Below, piece by piece: positions 20,885 through 32,487 of a DNA stretch of 64,000 nt. This stretch comes from Schizochytrium sp. TIO01 (Eukaryota; Protista; Bigyra: Labyrinthulomycetes): assembly GCA_004764695.1 (NCBI GenBank), contig SMSO01000031.1, positions 3,634,436 to 3,698,435 on the forward strand. Direction: 5' to 3'. The notes under the pieces were generated by a model. That model was not told where the DNA came from and ran no database searches. It saw only the letters and a list, made by a program, of their open reading frames with translations. The number at the start of each line of letters is the position of its first letter. The first letter of the stretch is position 1. The translations under genes and the position numbers were made by a program.

Positions 20885-23190
20885 TCATTTAACTCCTGTT
20901 TTTGTCTGCCTTTTCTTTTCTTTAAAAGGATGTTGCTCCGGCTGCTTATTACCTTACTTATTTTAGAACTTGAAGGTCCAATATGCTAAACTAGTAACAT
21001 TAAGTTCTGTTGCGGAACAAAGATGATTTTCAATATTTTGTGAAACTGCGCCTTTGTGATTGCAAGATCCAGCACGCATGAATCCCACGATGATCTCACA
21101 CTTGCAGTTTCTGAAAGAGTATAGTAAAGTTTTTAAACGAGCATTTTGGGTCAATATAAGCAACGAAGCAAGTCAGGCAAGAGTTGATCAAGGTCTTTAG
21201 ACCTTAGAACGTAAAAGCCTCTGTGGCTTACTTTCGCTCACTTCTGATACTTTCAATCTCCTGCCTTCATCTCGCATCGACGCAAGGTTCCGCTCTTGAA
21301 GCAATTTGCTAGGCTTTAATCATTCAGTGTCTTGCAAAAGCAATAAAAGGTATCCATGATTCGCCTAATGACGTCTTGCTTCTTAAAGAGAAACTTACTT
21401 TCGCATCCGAAGCCCGAGTCTATCTTTCGAAGCAATCTCACCATAATTTTAATGGCATGGTGTGGGGATGCTTTTGCTATGCCTCAATCAACTAGCCATC
21501 TGCTCATGTTAGGACTTTCAATGCTCAACGACAATCGAGAGTAGCTCTCAGAGCTTTGACCCCAGGATATTCTAAGCAATATTCTGCACCTAGAATTTTT
21601 ATTTCTTTTCATCCTCATCGATCCAAATGCTATAGTAACGCCTGGGCCCGTGCCAAAGAGTTTGGCTTATGTACAGTGCTCCTGTTCCTGTAACAAATGG
21701 TCTCTGCACTACCTAGTCGAGTAGACGAAGAAGATTAGTTGTCTTTAACTGCTTCGTCAATAGTTGTCCAGTTTGCTCAGCGCACTTTCACGTTTGCTGT
21801 CTATTTTAAAACTTTTTTGTAGATTTTGAAAAGCGTACCTCAACATGCTTGTTGAGACGGTGCTATTTCTACTACTAGGACTTAATTAGGGTAAAACTCA
21901 AGCAATATGTTTGGTCCGTTAGGTAATGATCTGAGAAGATCAGGTAGTAACTAGGTTTCTTCAAAGTCGGAAACTGCAGGCCCAGATCAATGAATTCGAA
22001 AGCACGGATCTAGAAGGCTCGAACTTTCGAAGAATGCGGTTGCTTCACGCAAACCAGCGTCAAATTGCGCACTACTAAACCAGGTTCGGTAAACCGCTTT
22101 TAAATAATAAAAATACAGGTGTTCCAAAAAAGAAAAAAATACATTTTGAAAAAGGCTTGACGGAGAAGAAATGACCAGCTCCATATTTGCCAATTTTGCT
22201 TGATCAGGACCAGTACTAGTCTGAACCAACGCCACAACTCTCTATATAACTATTACTCAATCTCATAACAAGTTTCTAGTCTTGAAACTCCATCAGTAAA
22301 TATTTTATTTATCAGAAAATTTTGGTTTGTCACTGCAACCGATATTGTATGGTGATTAGTTAAATCTCGAACAGCTTTAGAAAAAAAATGTGCGCTGAAT
22401 AGTGTGTACCTGCATATCACTGACATCCCAATAACCAATACTAATACTAGTAGTGTAGAAAGCATTGATGTACTTTTTGTACAAGAAACAGTGAAGCGGG
22501 ATAGAGGCTGTTATAATTAATCCCGGGAGCGCCCTCCCTTACTAATATTCTGCTGAGTGCGGCAACCCCCGCATATATAAGTATTTGTAGAAGTGTTGGG
22601 CAAGAGGGTATCTAGGATTAAGCAGCTGGGATGCAAGTATTTATGCCGGCACGTGAAAACGTGCTAATATCGAAACATATTTCTTTCTTTTTTACAGAGG
22701 GAATAGAATAGTACTTTTCAAAAGTTCAGTTAATCTACTAGTATGATTTCTACTAATTAGTACTTATCTTGAACGTCGATGTTTTGGGGGGGGTTCTTTA
22801 AAAGATATGAATAGTCACTGTTTATCGTAATAATAATATACTTGTATTTTTAATTTTTTTCAAATAAATATAATAATAGAAATAATAGAAAAGAATTATG
22901 ATGCTACACGCTTATCAATCTTGGCAGGGCCTGGCAAACCCTTAACCGAGGTCTGTATGCGTGTGACAGGAATAGGTGGCACTGGGGCGAGAAAATACGT
23001 CGTAGAAAGGCATCGAGCTTGAAACTCGCGCGTCCAGACTAGGGCCTGCATGGTTGAACAGCTGCGTTGATTCTGAAAATAGTACACCCGAGGAAGCGGA
23101 GACTATCGTTTAAGTGCAGTGACACGAAGTTTATTTTTTTCTGCCCAGGACTTAGAGAAGCGATTTACTCCAAGGTTATCCAAGAGGCAA

Positions 23191-26100
23191 ATGTTGTCAA
23201 CTGATAGGACTGGTTGCTCTTCGTACGAGAAGCTCAAACGTGGTGAATACGAACATGAATCTCACGAAGGAATGCTACATAAAATTGAAGATTGGAGACT
23301 TAAAGAATCATCGAGCAATTTGCTTTTTGTGATTGGCAATAGTGGAACAGGAAAAAGTGTTCTCTTGGCTGAGTTTGTAGGCAGATTGAGGGACGCTAAG
23401 GAGAGTGAAGAGAAAAGGACCTCGCAACGCAAACCCAACCATCGCTTATCCCCAGCAACAAGTGCTATCACCACTCATTTTCTCTACCGATTTGACCCTG
23501 GCGATTGTAGTATTCATTCTGTCATAGTCTCCATTGCCTCACAAATCGCACAGTCCAACAAAGAATTCGCGAAAGCTGTCAATCTCAACAATCCCGATCG
23601 GAGCAGCAATTCTTCGATCGAGGATTTCTTCCATGATTGGATTGCTGATCCATACAAAAAAGTGATACACGATGATCGTGCTACACGTTGCCTAGTTGTA
23701 ATTGATGGCTTGGATAATGGGGTGATACCAAAAAACGATGTTGATGAGTTCTTCCAAACCATTGCAAAATGGCTATCAACTAAACGCGAGAGACCACTAA
23801 ACATACACTTTATCCTTTCCTGCGCAGAAAGAGATATTTTGTGTACGGAAGAATTCGACGAATTTGACTTAATCACCATGACAGCGAGAAGCCACTCTGG
23901 TGACATTGCTGCGTATTTGCAAGCCAACGTGCGAGACTATGTTGGAGATGATCAGCTGCTGAAGAAAGTTGTCAAGAAAGTTGGCCGATCTTTCGACTTC
24001 GCAACCCACACACTTTACCTCCTAAAAGGACGATATGAACTGAAGGGTAGGCTCCTACAAGATAAAGATTTGAAGAGAGTGTTAACAGCTGTTCCTTTCT
24101 TCCATCGTTGGCGCAAGATGGAGAAAGCTATGAAATGCGAGAATTTTGACCTCTCCTATATCCCTGCCTGTCTTTACGCAGCAAAGCAGCTCCTGTCGGG
24201 GCCTGTCTTTCAAGAAATTTTGAAGGTTGACACGAGAAAGTTTCGTCAGATTCTCAGGATTCTTGATGGGCTATTAGCTAAGGGTGATGACAATTGTATC
24301 TATATCACAAATACTGGTTTCGCTAGATGGATTGAAACAGATCTTGCAGAGAACCCAGACACTACTCTTATGGGGCATGATTTGCTTGCTGAATGGACCC
24401 AAAAGAATCCAAGAAGCTCGTATTCCCGTGAATATGGGAGATACCACTCCCGAAAAAAGAATTTCGGAAGTATCCTTGAGAGCAATAACGACTGTGGCTT
24501 GATTGTCGCCTTACATGAAGAGCTTCTTGCAATCGGAGATTCATCTGGTCGCATTACTCTACATGATCGTTTCTGGGGGAGTTTGTTGGTCGAATTATCT
24601 AAACCTAGAGAGCTTGCTCCGGGAGGTGTTTCAGCGTTGGTTTTTTACAAGAACTACCTCGTGTCGGGAAGTGCAGAGGGCATTTGGCAAGTTTTCGATC
24701 TTAAAAGCCTTGGCTTGAAATACACTTTCGAAACGCCAGCTCCTCGCCAAAATCCCCAAGTTGTTGTCAATAGCTCTGGCCTGATGGTAGCAGCAATAGG
24801 TGAGGACGCGGCCTACGTATGGGATTTGAATACAGGTTGCAAGATACGCGAGCTTCGTCCCTATGGACGCGGAGGTCAGGAGGTTCAGGCGGGTAGAACT
24901 TGTAGCGTAGCAATCGATGAAGAGATCATTGCTGTAGGTTTTCAACATGGGCAAGTATTTATCTATTCATGCAAAGATTTCCTGCAAAAAGCTCGAATTG
25001 GTTCTCCAACCCACCACAAGAAGATAACTTCTATTGCTCTCCACGGAGCCATTTTAGTGACAGGGACGAACACTGGTGTCTTGAATATGTGGAATCTCCC
25101 AAATCCATTGCGAGGGCTGCCCAACGGTGGAAGAAACCCATATGATAAATTGCATGCAATGACCGGGGGATCTTCCATTGACTTTTTGCTAAATCTTGAA
25201 GCTGGGAAATTAGTCGCTGCATCTCGAAAAGGAAACGTGGTTCATGTCGCTTGCGATTCTTTATCTGGGCTTTCCCAAATCCCTGGTGATTCCAGACTTA
25301 GCCAGATCAAGGAGAGTATCTCCAGCATTACTGCCGACAGTTTGTCTCTGGTTTGTGCTTGTCTAGGCCCAAACAATCTCTTAATTATTGAAGACGTAGA
25401 CGATAAGGTTACATCGACTCCAAGTGATGGTTTGGGATCACACGGATCCTTTCCAGAGGGTTCAATTCGTCACTATATCATTAAAGCTCGTGACAGAATG
25501 CGACGGGTAAGCAATGAATCAAAAGGCTCTCATACCAGTGAGGGTTTGCCCCCGGCTTTTGATGTGATGCGCCATAATTTCGAAAAAAAATCGATAAAGT
25601 TTACTCAAAGCCGTTTGGGCCTTTGGAAGGGCTGCAACGACAGCCTTGGATCCATTGTTGTCATGAATGATCATTTCATCGTAACTGGGGGGAGTGCAGG
25701 AATAATTAACGTTTATGACAAAATGTGTGATACCCGGAAATCGATAAAAAGTCCCAACGTGCGTACGGTTTCCATGTGTCTCTGTGGTGACTACCTCGTT
25801 TCGGTTGACAATGATAGCGTCGTATTTATCTGCCACTTACCTACATCGAAGACTGCGATAACTCTTGAATGTCCCGGTGTACACTGTATTGCAAGTAACG
25901 ACTCGGCATTTGCACTAGCCAGCCAGCAAAAAGTGCAATTGTGGAACTTGCCAGAGGAGGAGGATTTACCACCCGCTTGCTTCCTCGAGCTCAAATTTAC
26001 GTCAAACGTTACTGCTCTAGATATGAGTGATAGATTTCTTGCCGTCGGACTAAATTCAGGAACGTTGGAAATCCATACACTCGATAAGATATTGCATGAA

Positions 26101-26634
26101 CGAGCTACTGTAAGGCCTAATGACAGCCTCACACCTGCAAAAGTTGATTTTCAACTAAAAGGCCAAATAAGCGCAATTGCCTTAGACAATGAAAGAGTTG
26201 CGGCTGTTGCAAATGACAACTTCACATCCAAAAGCTGTGTTTGTGTATGGAACTGTGTTGATTGCACAGAAATCTACAACTTTCGAACTCAGAAATTGAC
26301 TACGATACGCTCGCTAAGTCTCCAAGATAATAACGTATTCACTGCGGGCTCAAGCGGTGTGCGATGCTGGGATCTTCGCGCCTGTAATGAAACAACAGAA
26401 GATAGCAGTCTAAGATGGACTTATGGAATGGATATCACATCATTTTGTGCCAACAAATCTGAATTCGTGTTTGGTCTTGCTGATGATGCTGTATTTTTTA
26501 TTCCAAAAAACCTAGAACGTAAAGACGCGCGTTTCTTTATGAATCATCACCTAAATGAGAAAGATCAGGAAAAGATGGGGGGGTTTATCCATGAGATTTT
26601 AAATACTCCCCTCAAATTGGAAGGACAAAACTGA
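23191..26634 (+). CDS. STAND NTPase, NACHT + WD40-repeat protein (NWD/NLR-like); 5' end may include an upstream exon
   Basis: Pre-P-loop MLHKIEDW, Walker A VIGNSGTGKS, SVIVSIASQI helix, Walker B LVVIDGLD, GHDLLAEW, then many WD40-like blades (YLVSGSAEGIWQVFD, AYVWD, LVTGTNTGVLNMWN, FTAGSSGVRCWD). First ATG 23191; in-frame pyrimidine-rich CAG acceptor at 23146-23148. Confidence 0.85.
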   Translation: MLSTDRTGCSSYEKLKRGEYEHESHEGMLHKIEDWRLKESSSNLLFVIGNSGTGKSVLLAEFVGRLRDAKESEEKRTSQRKPNHRLSPATSAITTHFLYRFDPGDCSIHSVIVSIASQIAQSNKEFAKAVNLNNPDRSSNSSIEDFFHDWIADPYKKVIHDDRATRCLVVIDGLDNGVIPKNDVDEFFQTIAKWLSTKRERPLNIHFILSCAERDILCTEEFDEFDLITMTARSHSGDIAAYLQANVRDYVGDDQLLKKVVKKVGRSFDFATHTLYLLKGRYELKGRLLQDKDLKRVLTAVPFFHRWRKMEKAMKCENFDLSYIPACLYAAKQLLSGPVFQEILKVDTRKFRQILRILDGLLAKGDDNCIYITNTGFARWIETDLAENPDTTLMGHDLLAEWTQKNPRSSYSREYGRYHSRKKNFGSILESNNDCGLIVALHEELLAIGDSSGRITLHDRFWGSLLVELSKPRELAPGGVSALVFYKNYLVSGSAEGIWQVFDLKSLGLKYTFETPAPRQNPQVVVNSSGLMVAAIGEDAAYVWDLNTGCKIRELRPYGRGGQEVQAGRTCSVAIDEEIIAVGFQHGQVFIYSCKDFLQKARIGSPTHHKKITSIALHGAILVTGTNTGVLNMWNLPNPLRGLPNGGRNPYDKLHAMTGGSSIDFLLNLEAGKLVAASRKGNVVHVACDSLSGLSQIPGDSRLSQIKESISSITADSLSLVCACLGPNNLLIIEDVDDKVTSTPSDGLGSHGSFPEGSIRHYIIKARDRMRRVSNESKGSHTSEGLPPAFDVMRHNFEKKSIKFTQSRLGLWKGCNDSLGSIVVMNDHFIVTGGSAGIINVYDKMCDTRKSIKSPNVRTVSMCLCGDYLVSVDNDSVVFICHLPTSKTAITLECPGVHCIASNDSAFALASQQKVQLWNLPEEEDLPPACFLELKFTSNVTALDMSDRFLAVGLNSGTLEIHTLDKILHERATVRPNDSLTPAKVDFQLKGQISAIALDNERVAAVANDNFTSKSCVCVWNCVDCTEIYNFRTQKLTTIRSLSLQDNNVFTAGSSGVRCWDLRACNETTEDSSLRWTYGMDITSFCANKSEFVFGLADDAVFFIPKNLERKDARFFMNHHLNEKDQEKMGGFIHEILNTPLKLEGQN

Positions 26635-27147
26635 TTACAAAAAAAGCAAACAGACAAAGAAAGAAAAAAATGATGTAAAGGGGAACCGAATTTCCCGATG
26701 GTTTTTCAAAGGGAAAAATAAAATTGAAAAACTAAAGGAAAACATGATTAACATCGGTTGAAATAGGGAATAATAGGGCATGACGAGAATTTTTTTAGGA
26801 AAGGCACTATTAGATCGAGAATTTTAGACAACAGAAAATACCTCACCAAACAGCAAGACAGTGCTTTCGTGATACAAAACGAAAAACGTACATAAGCATT
26901 GGAAGGTTTTGGCTTCGACCATTTGCATGCAATATCAGCTGGAAACTAACTATAATAACTTAGGCTTCTCTGTCTTCTATCTCTCTTCCTCCATACATAA
27001 AATATTTTATCTGAATAATTTCTTGGAACAACGTTCAATGACCGTGAGTAATATTTCCACTTGCACGATTTAAAAATCCCAAACTAGCGCGGTCAAATGC
27101 CGCCCACACATAATTATAAAAAAAATTGAACAATGTGGAAGACATTT

Positions 27148-30100
27148 CTACTTGTGTTTAAAGTTTTCCTGTGCCCTCGACTTGGATATTTGCCCTAAAA
27201 AAAACTCTAAATCATCGTTAGTAGTTGTTTCATGAAGAATTTGTAATTCGAGTAGACGAGCCTGATCTCGTTTCAGTTGATTTACATCTTCGCGTGTGGC
27301 ATAGTCAGCACCTGTTAAATCAGCAAGGTTCCTTTCGGATTCTTTGTAATTTGGGACTTGTGATTGTGGACTTTCGCACACCACAAATTCAGGTATATTT
27401 GGATCACCTGGAGGCGAACGAGCAATGTGACCGTCCAAGCTTTCAGAAAACGCAGAATAAGAAGGTGCATTTTCCGTTCGATCGAAAATCTGGGATCTCG
27501 ATGAACTGTTACTGCACTCTCGCAGAGGCGTCTGATTGTCTAAGGAGACTTCATCAAAGTACTGTGATGCTTCCTGAAAGCACGAGCAATTAACTGCCAA
27601 CCTAGGAGTTCTGGATGATTTATAACTGGTCGAATTGTCGTGACCATAGGCAACCTTTTCATTACCCCATGACCGAGAGCTATTTGATTCTTCTCCTTCT
27701 TCACTGCTTTCGTTTGATGAAGGCGTGATGCATCTATCTTGATACGACAAAGCTGATTTTACAGATGGGTCGACACTTTCCCTCTTGTAATTTTCAAAAA
27801 TCTGATCTCTAGACTGAGCAGAATCTGAATTATTCTGTACGACCCTCTCCTTGTTTGGGAAGGTCTGGCCTTTGTGAATGGAAAAATTGTTCTCACGGAT
27901 AAAGACAGCTGGTGTCCTGTTGTTTGAATGGTTCTGCTTCAGTAGAGAGCTTCTAACATAAGTTTGCTCTTGATGCTTGTTCACAGTTTCTGTCGGAGAT
28001 TGTGATTGCTCACTTCTCCTAGACAACCCTACATTTCTGTTACTTCGCGAGCTTTTCGGCAAGGAGAAGTCGATATGGCGAGCATAAGGTTTCCTCGTTT
28101 TACTAGAGTTTGGATTGCAAGATCTAGGAGCATGAGATGCCATATCCTTATATTGAAGGTGACGGGCGTGTACGGGTATTCCTCCTTGATAGTGGTTGTG
28201 ATTCACCTGGCCTGTCTCGTCTCGTTTCCCAGACCTTTGCCTAACTTTGGATTCTAGACTTAAATTGGGACCACAAGACTGAATGGCATGTATGTTTTCC
28301 GTCCCATGCTTTAAGTGGTGATAATTTTGAGATATAACTCCTGCTTTCGAATAATGTTCTCTGGAGCAAAAACCACTATCTCCCTCTGTGGTTGAAAACA
28401 CGTTTTCAGCTGATGATAATGTGGACACAGATTCGTCAATCCCTTCCTCATATTTATCTCTATTTAAAAAGTCTCTTGTAAGAGTTCCTCGAGTTTGCTC
28501 GGTGGCAAGGTTTCCTTGCGCAGGGCTTAACCCACACTCTGGCGTAGTTGGCTGCGACATATATTCAGATTTGCTTCTCATAGCTACAGAATTCATAGTA
28601 TGCGGGTACAGATTCTGAAACCCAATAGTCGTAGAATGCTCAGATTCTACAATGGGAGTTGAGGCTAGGCTATGAATTGGTTCTTGTCTCGAGGGAAAAC
28701 CTCTTAAATCCTCTGGAGGTTTAGATGGAGCTTGACTTACCGGGGAGGTGAGTAGACTAGGCACTAATGGACTGATTGAGGTTTTACGATAATGCAAACT
28801 CTCCCTCCCTGTCCTGGTGGGAATTGTTGAACCTGAGCCATTCTCTCTTAACTGCTCCCTATTGCCCGAAACCAACATATACCTCGATAATGGAATCTCA
28901 AGGTGATTCTGGTTTAACCAATTTTAAAGGCCTCAATGGCACACCAGTTAGCTTTGAGTAAAGCAAAGCTATGAAAAAGTAAGTATTGACAATGCTTGGT
29001 CAGGTGAGCACAGAGCAAAGATATGCCAAGATCCTTTCTATTCTCGTTTAAAGACGTGTAAGCTTGAAAAAGTTTGCTTGATGCAGCATCTAGGTCAATC
29101 AATTTCTTTTTGTAGATCTTTACATCGACTTTAATTTGAGTCAAAGTCAGGAGCTTGTTAAATGCCATCTTTAGAACATGTCGCCTGTGTATCTGCGCGG
29201 AGATTCGAAAAAGAGATCGTCCTAGTTTATTGAGCAAGCTATACCTATTGGTACGAATCAGCCAAACGCGAAAAGCAGAACGAAGAAGTGCACGGCGACG
29301 AACGAAAGAAACAGCCACAATGTTCAAGCGGGATAGTTGTTTTCCACAAGCCTGAAGCTCCCTCCATTTTGCAAAGTTTACAGAACAAAGACTTTTCTCG
29401 CGAAGAGAGACTAGCCTTAACAGAAGCTTTCTTTGAGCTACAAACATAAACCATTTGCCAAGAAAGTATCGCTTCAACGCAAATTGCCGTTGATGGCCTA
29501 AATAAGAAGATATGTCTTCCTGTAATAGAGTTACAAAAGCCATATTAGTCCTCCGCAAGGCAGCAATGCGCCAATGGTTAAAAGCACGACGGGTACGGCA
29601 ATGCCAAAGAGCGTGATACAGATGCCGTGCTGCCTGCACAGGATAAAGGACAACTTTCTTCCAAACTGCGAAGGCATAATGAGTAGACCACATATTAGCC
29701 ATGACAAGTTGTCGCGTAGAGGCAAGTTTAATTGTGCTTCTTTCCAAGTGTATAGACCTCACATTCAACACTACATTCGTCCACCTTTCAAAAGCTATTT
29801 TTTTTTGGGTAAGAAGTTTCATTCGAAAAAGTGCTGCAAGACCCCGAGCGCTTGATGCGTGGGCTAAGGAAACAACACCCTGCGCAACCAGATCCATTGT
29901 ATAGTCGCGGCCTTTGAGAATAGATACACGGCTCCATCTAGAGAAAGTTTGACGTAGTAAGAGGCGACGAAGGTTGTGCAGCAGAGAGAAAAACTTTGTC
30001 CGACGAATGAGATGTCTTTTCCAGCTTGCAAGAGCCTTGCGAAGAGCCATCTTTCGAAGCTTGTCTACTGCTCTAGCTACATACATACGTTGGATTATTC

Positions 30101-31829
30101 TTTCGCGAAACGTATTGAAGCTGATTTGCAGACGAAACCGCTCTGCAAGTTTCTTCCTTTTCATCAAGCCTGCCCATTCATTAAAAAATGTATGCAAGCT
30201 TTCCTTAATGAAACATGAACGGCTCTTCTTACGCAATAAACGTATCTCACAGGAATCTATGTACTGGGCATTCCTGCAAAGTACATCAAATCCTCGACGC
30301 TGCAATCCTCTGTGGTAGCGCTCCATCAACCTATAAATCAGTATACAGGCTGCGTTCTTGACTACAACTTCACGTTGAGTCAATTTGTCACAAATGGTTT
30401 GATAACGGAATTCATGCTTTCCACTTTGCTCGTGATGTCTCACATTATATATTGCCCATTCATACCAGTTTCGCAAAGCTGCAGACATCATCTTCTTCCA
30501 TAGCTTAATAAATAGTAAATGTAGTGACGATTGTTTTCGAGTGCAAATCTTCCAAGCGTTGAAGCCCCCGCGAAGTTTGCGAATTCGAAAAGCTCGCAGG
30601 CATACGTTGAGTGTAGCACGAGCGGTTTTCCTTTGGAGAACACGGCAGCTCCATGCGAGCCAGGTTCTGCAAAGAGTCTTGAATTTTATACATCTGAGCG
30701 AAGCCTTGCATGCTATTTCAGATACTTTTTGTTGCATTTCTGCATGGCGTGCGCCTTCAAGAGCGTGATAGAGATGAGACCATGCATCGAGCAAACGGCG
30801 TTTATTGTAGTTGTCGAATATGCGTCGTAAAGCTTGGGCCTTCCCTTTGCGGTGTACTTTTGAATTTACTAGCCAAGAGTGGAATGCAGCTGCCTTGCGT
30901 TGCTTATGAGATGCTAGTTCGTAGGCACCTCTTTCTGCGGTCAGAATTGACGTTTGGCGTTCCTGCTGAGTTTTGTGAAAGTGTTGTTGCAAGATCCGAG
31001 TATATCGTTCTGTCTGGAGTCTCCATGATGAGAACGCACGAGCAAGTAGTCTTCGGCGTTGAGCTCGGCAAGCTGACCATAACACCCATACCATATTATG
31101 GTGCTTTTGAGCATTGCGTTCCATCGCCAATGAGGCCTTCATGGCAGACTCTAGTCTTTCTTTATAGTGTGCAGCCTCTTGTTGTTCAAAATTCCTCTCC
31201 GAAACCAAATCGTAGTTCTCGTGCAGTCGTTCAAGTGCATCTCTCACCTCATCTCGCGTTTCATTAAGCTCAGATAGATACCGTTCACGTTGCTGCCTCG
31301 TTCGCATCTCAATTGCATACATATCACCATTTTGGTGATATTCTCCATTCCCGTGACTGTCTAAATGCCGTTGGAGGTCATCCTTTCTAAAATCCTCCAA
31401 AAGACTAGCCTTTACTTCAGGTCTTTCGGGTTGTCCAAGCTTCGCTTGGACGTCAATTTGCAAAGGTTGTGAATTGCCCTCCTGAGCATTTGGGTCTCTT
31501 GAGAAATCATCCATCAATTTCGGGTTTGTGGCGACCAGCTGCTGGTTATGCTGCTGGTGCTGGGCGGGGAAGTTCATCAGACTAGGCTTCTGTAGGCGCC
31601 TCTCGAGATCATGTCTGGCTCTAGTTAGAAGAACCTCAAGCTCTTGGGCTCGGCGTTGTGCCTGCTCACGCTCATGACCCTCCTTGCTGAGCAGACGTGC
31701 CATGTGTCGTGCATGTGCCTCCCCACGTCTTGCCTCATCCTCGAGAGCTGTGGCACGGCCTCGCGCGGCATTAAGGTCCGCGCGAAGCCGCTCCACCTCA
31801 CGCTCCAGCGCCGCCGACCGCGGGCCCAT
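27148..31829 (-). CDS. Sfi1-like (centrin-binding AFxxW repeat) coiled-coil protein with disordered Ser-rich tail; the two track ORFs (28914..31829 and 27148..28878) are probably one gene of about 1560 aa split by a missing base at 28922-28925
   Basis: About 15 basic repeats with L/A-F-x-x-W (LLARAFSSWR, AAAFHSWL, LRGGFNAWK, LRKALASWK, LRQTFSRWS, KIAFERWT, RRAFNHWR, LRSAFRVW). Adding one A to the minus-strand AAAA run gives ...IEAFKNWLNQNHLEIPLSRYMLVSGN..., which fuses both ORFs and creates another AFxxW unit. Confidence 0.72.
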
Positions 31830-32487
31830 CTGCCGTGCCTAGGACAAATGGTTTTAGTGACGTTTGACGTTTCGAGGTTCGACTTTTTCGTTTGAGATAA
31901 CAAAGGTGCAAACAAAGTTGCATTGAATCAATGAATTTTCAAACCTCAGGCCTTAATAGAAAACATAATTGAATTCTCTGAGATATGTTGCGAAAACGAA
32001 CTGGCGTGTGGGTGGGTAATTAACCCTGTTTGAGAAACTCGAATAAGGAAGTCAAGATCATGTGAATTAATGACATGAAGAATTCTGGGAATAGCAATGG
32101 ATATTTATGAGCCTCTATATATCGATAAAGAGTCAACACAGAGGCAAGTAGTTTCCGAAATGCGGGTTGTTAAGAATTCAAGCCTTGAGGTTACATTTGC
32201 GTTGACTTGAAAGAAGGTTGCTCTGAAAGTTGAAAGTCGGATTGTGTTGAACTGAATTTGTCATTATTTTAAGGTTGTGGAGATAGCTAAATTTATCTTC
32301 CCTATACTTAAGGAAGACTAAAAACGACTCACTCTGACTTTTAATTGTCCCTAATACAAGTTCATGTCCAATCAGCATTAGCAGCGACAGCAGCTACAAG
32401 AAGAACAACAACATCATTGGTGTTCTAAAAGTGATAGTTTATTTGATAATTTTGGAAAGTTTAGTCCATTGCGTAGCGCAAGATTTA

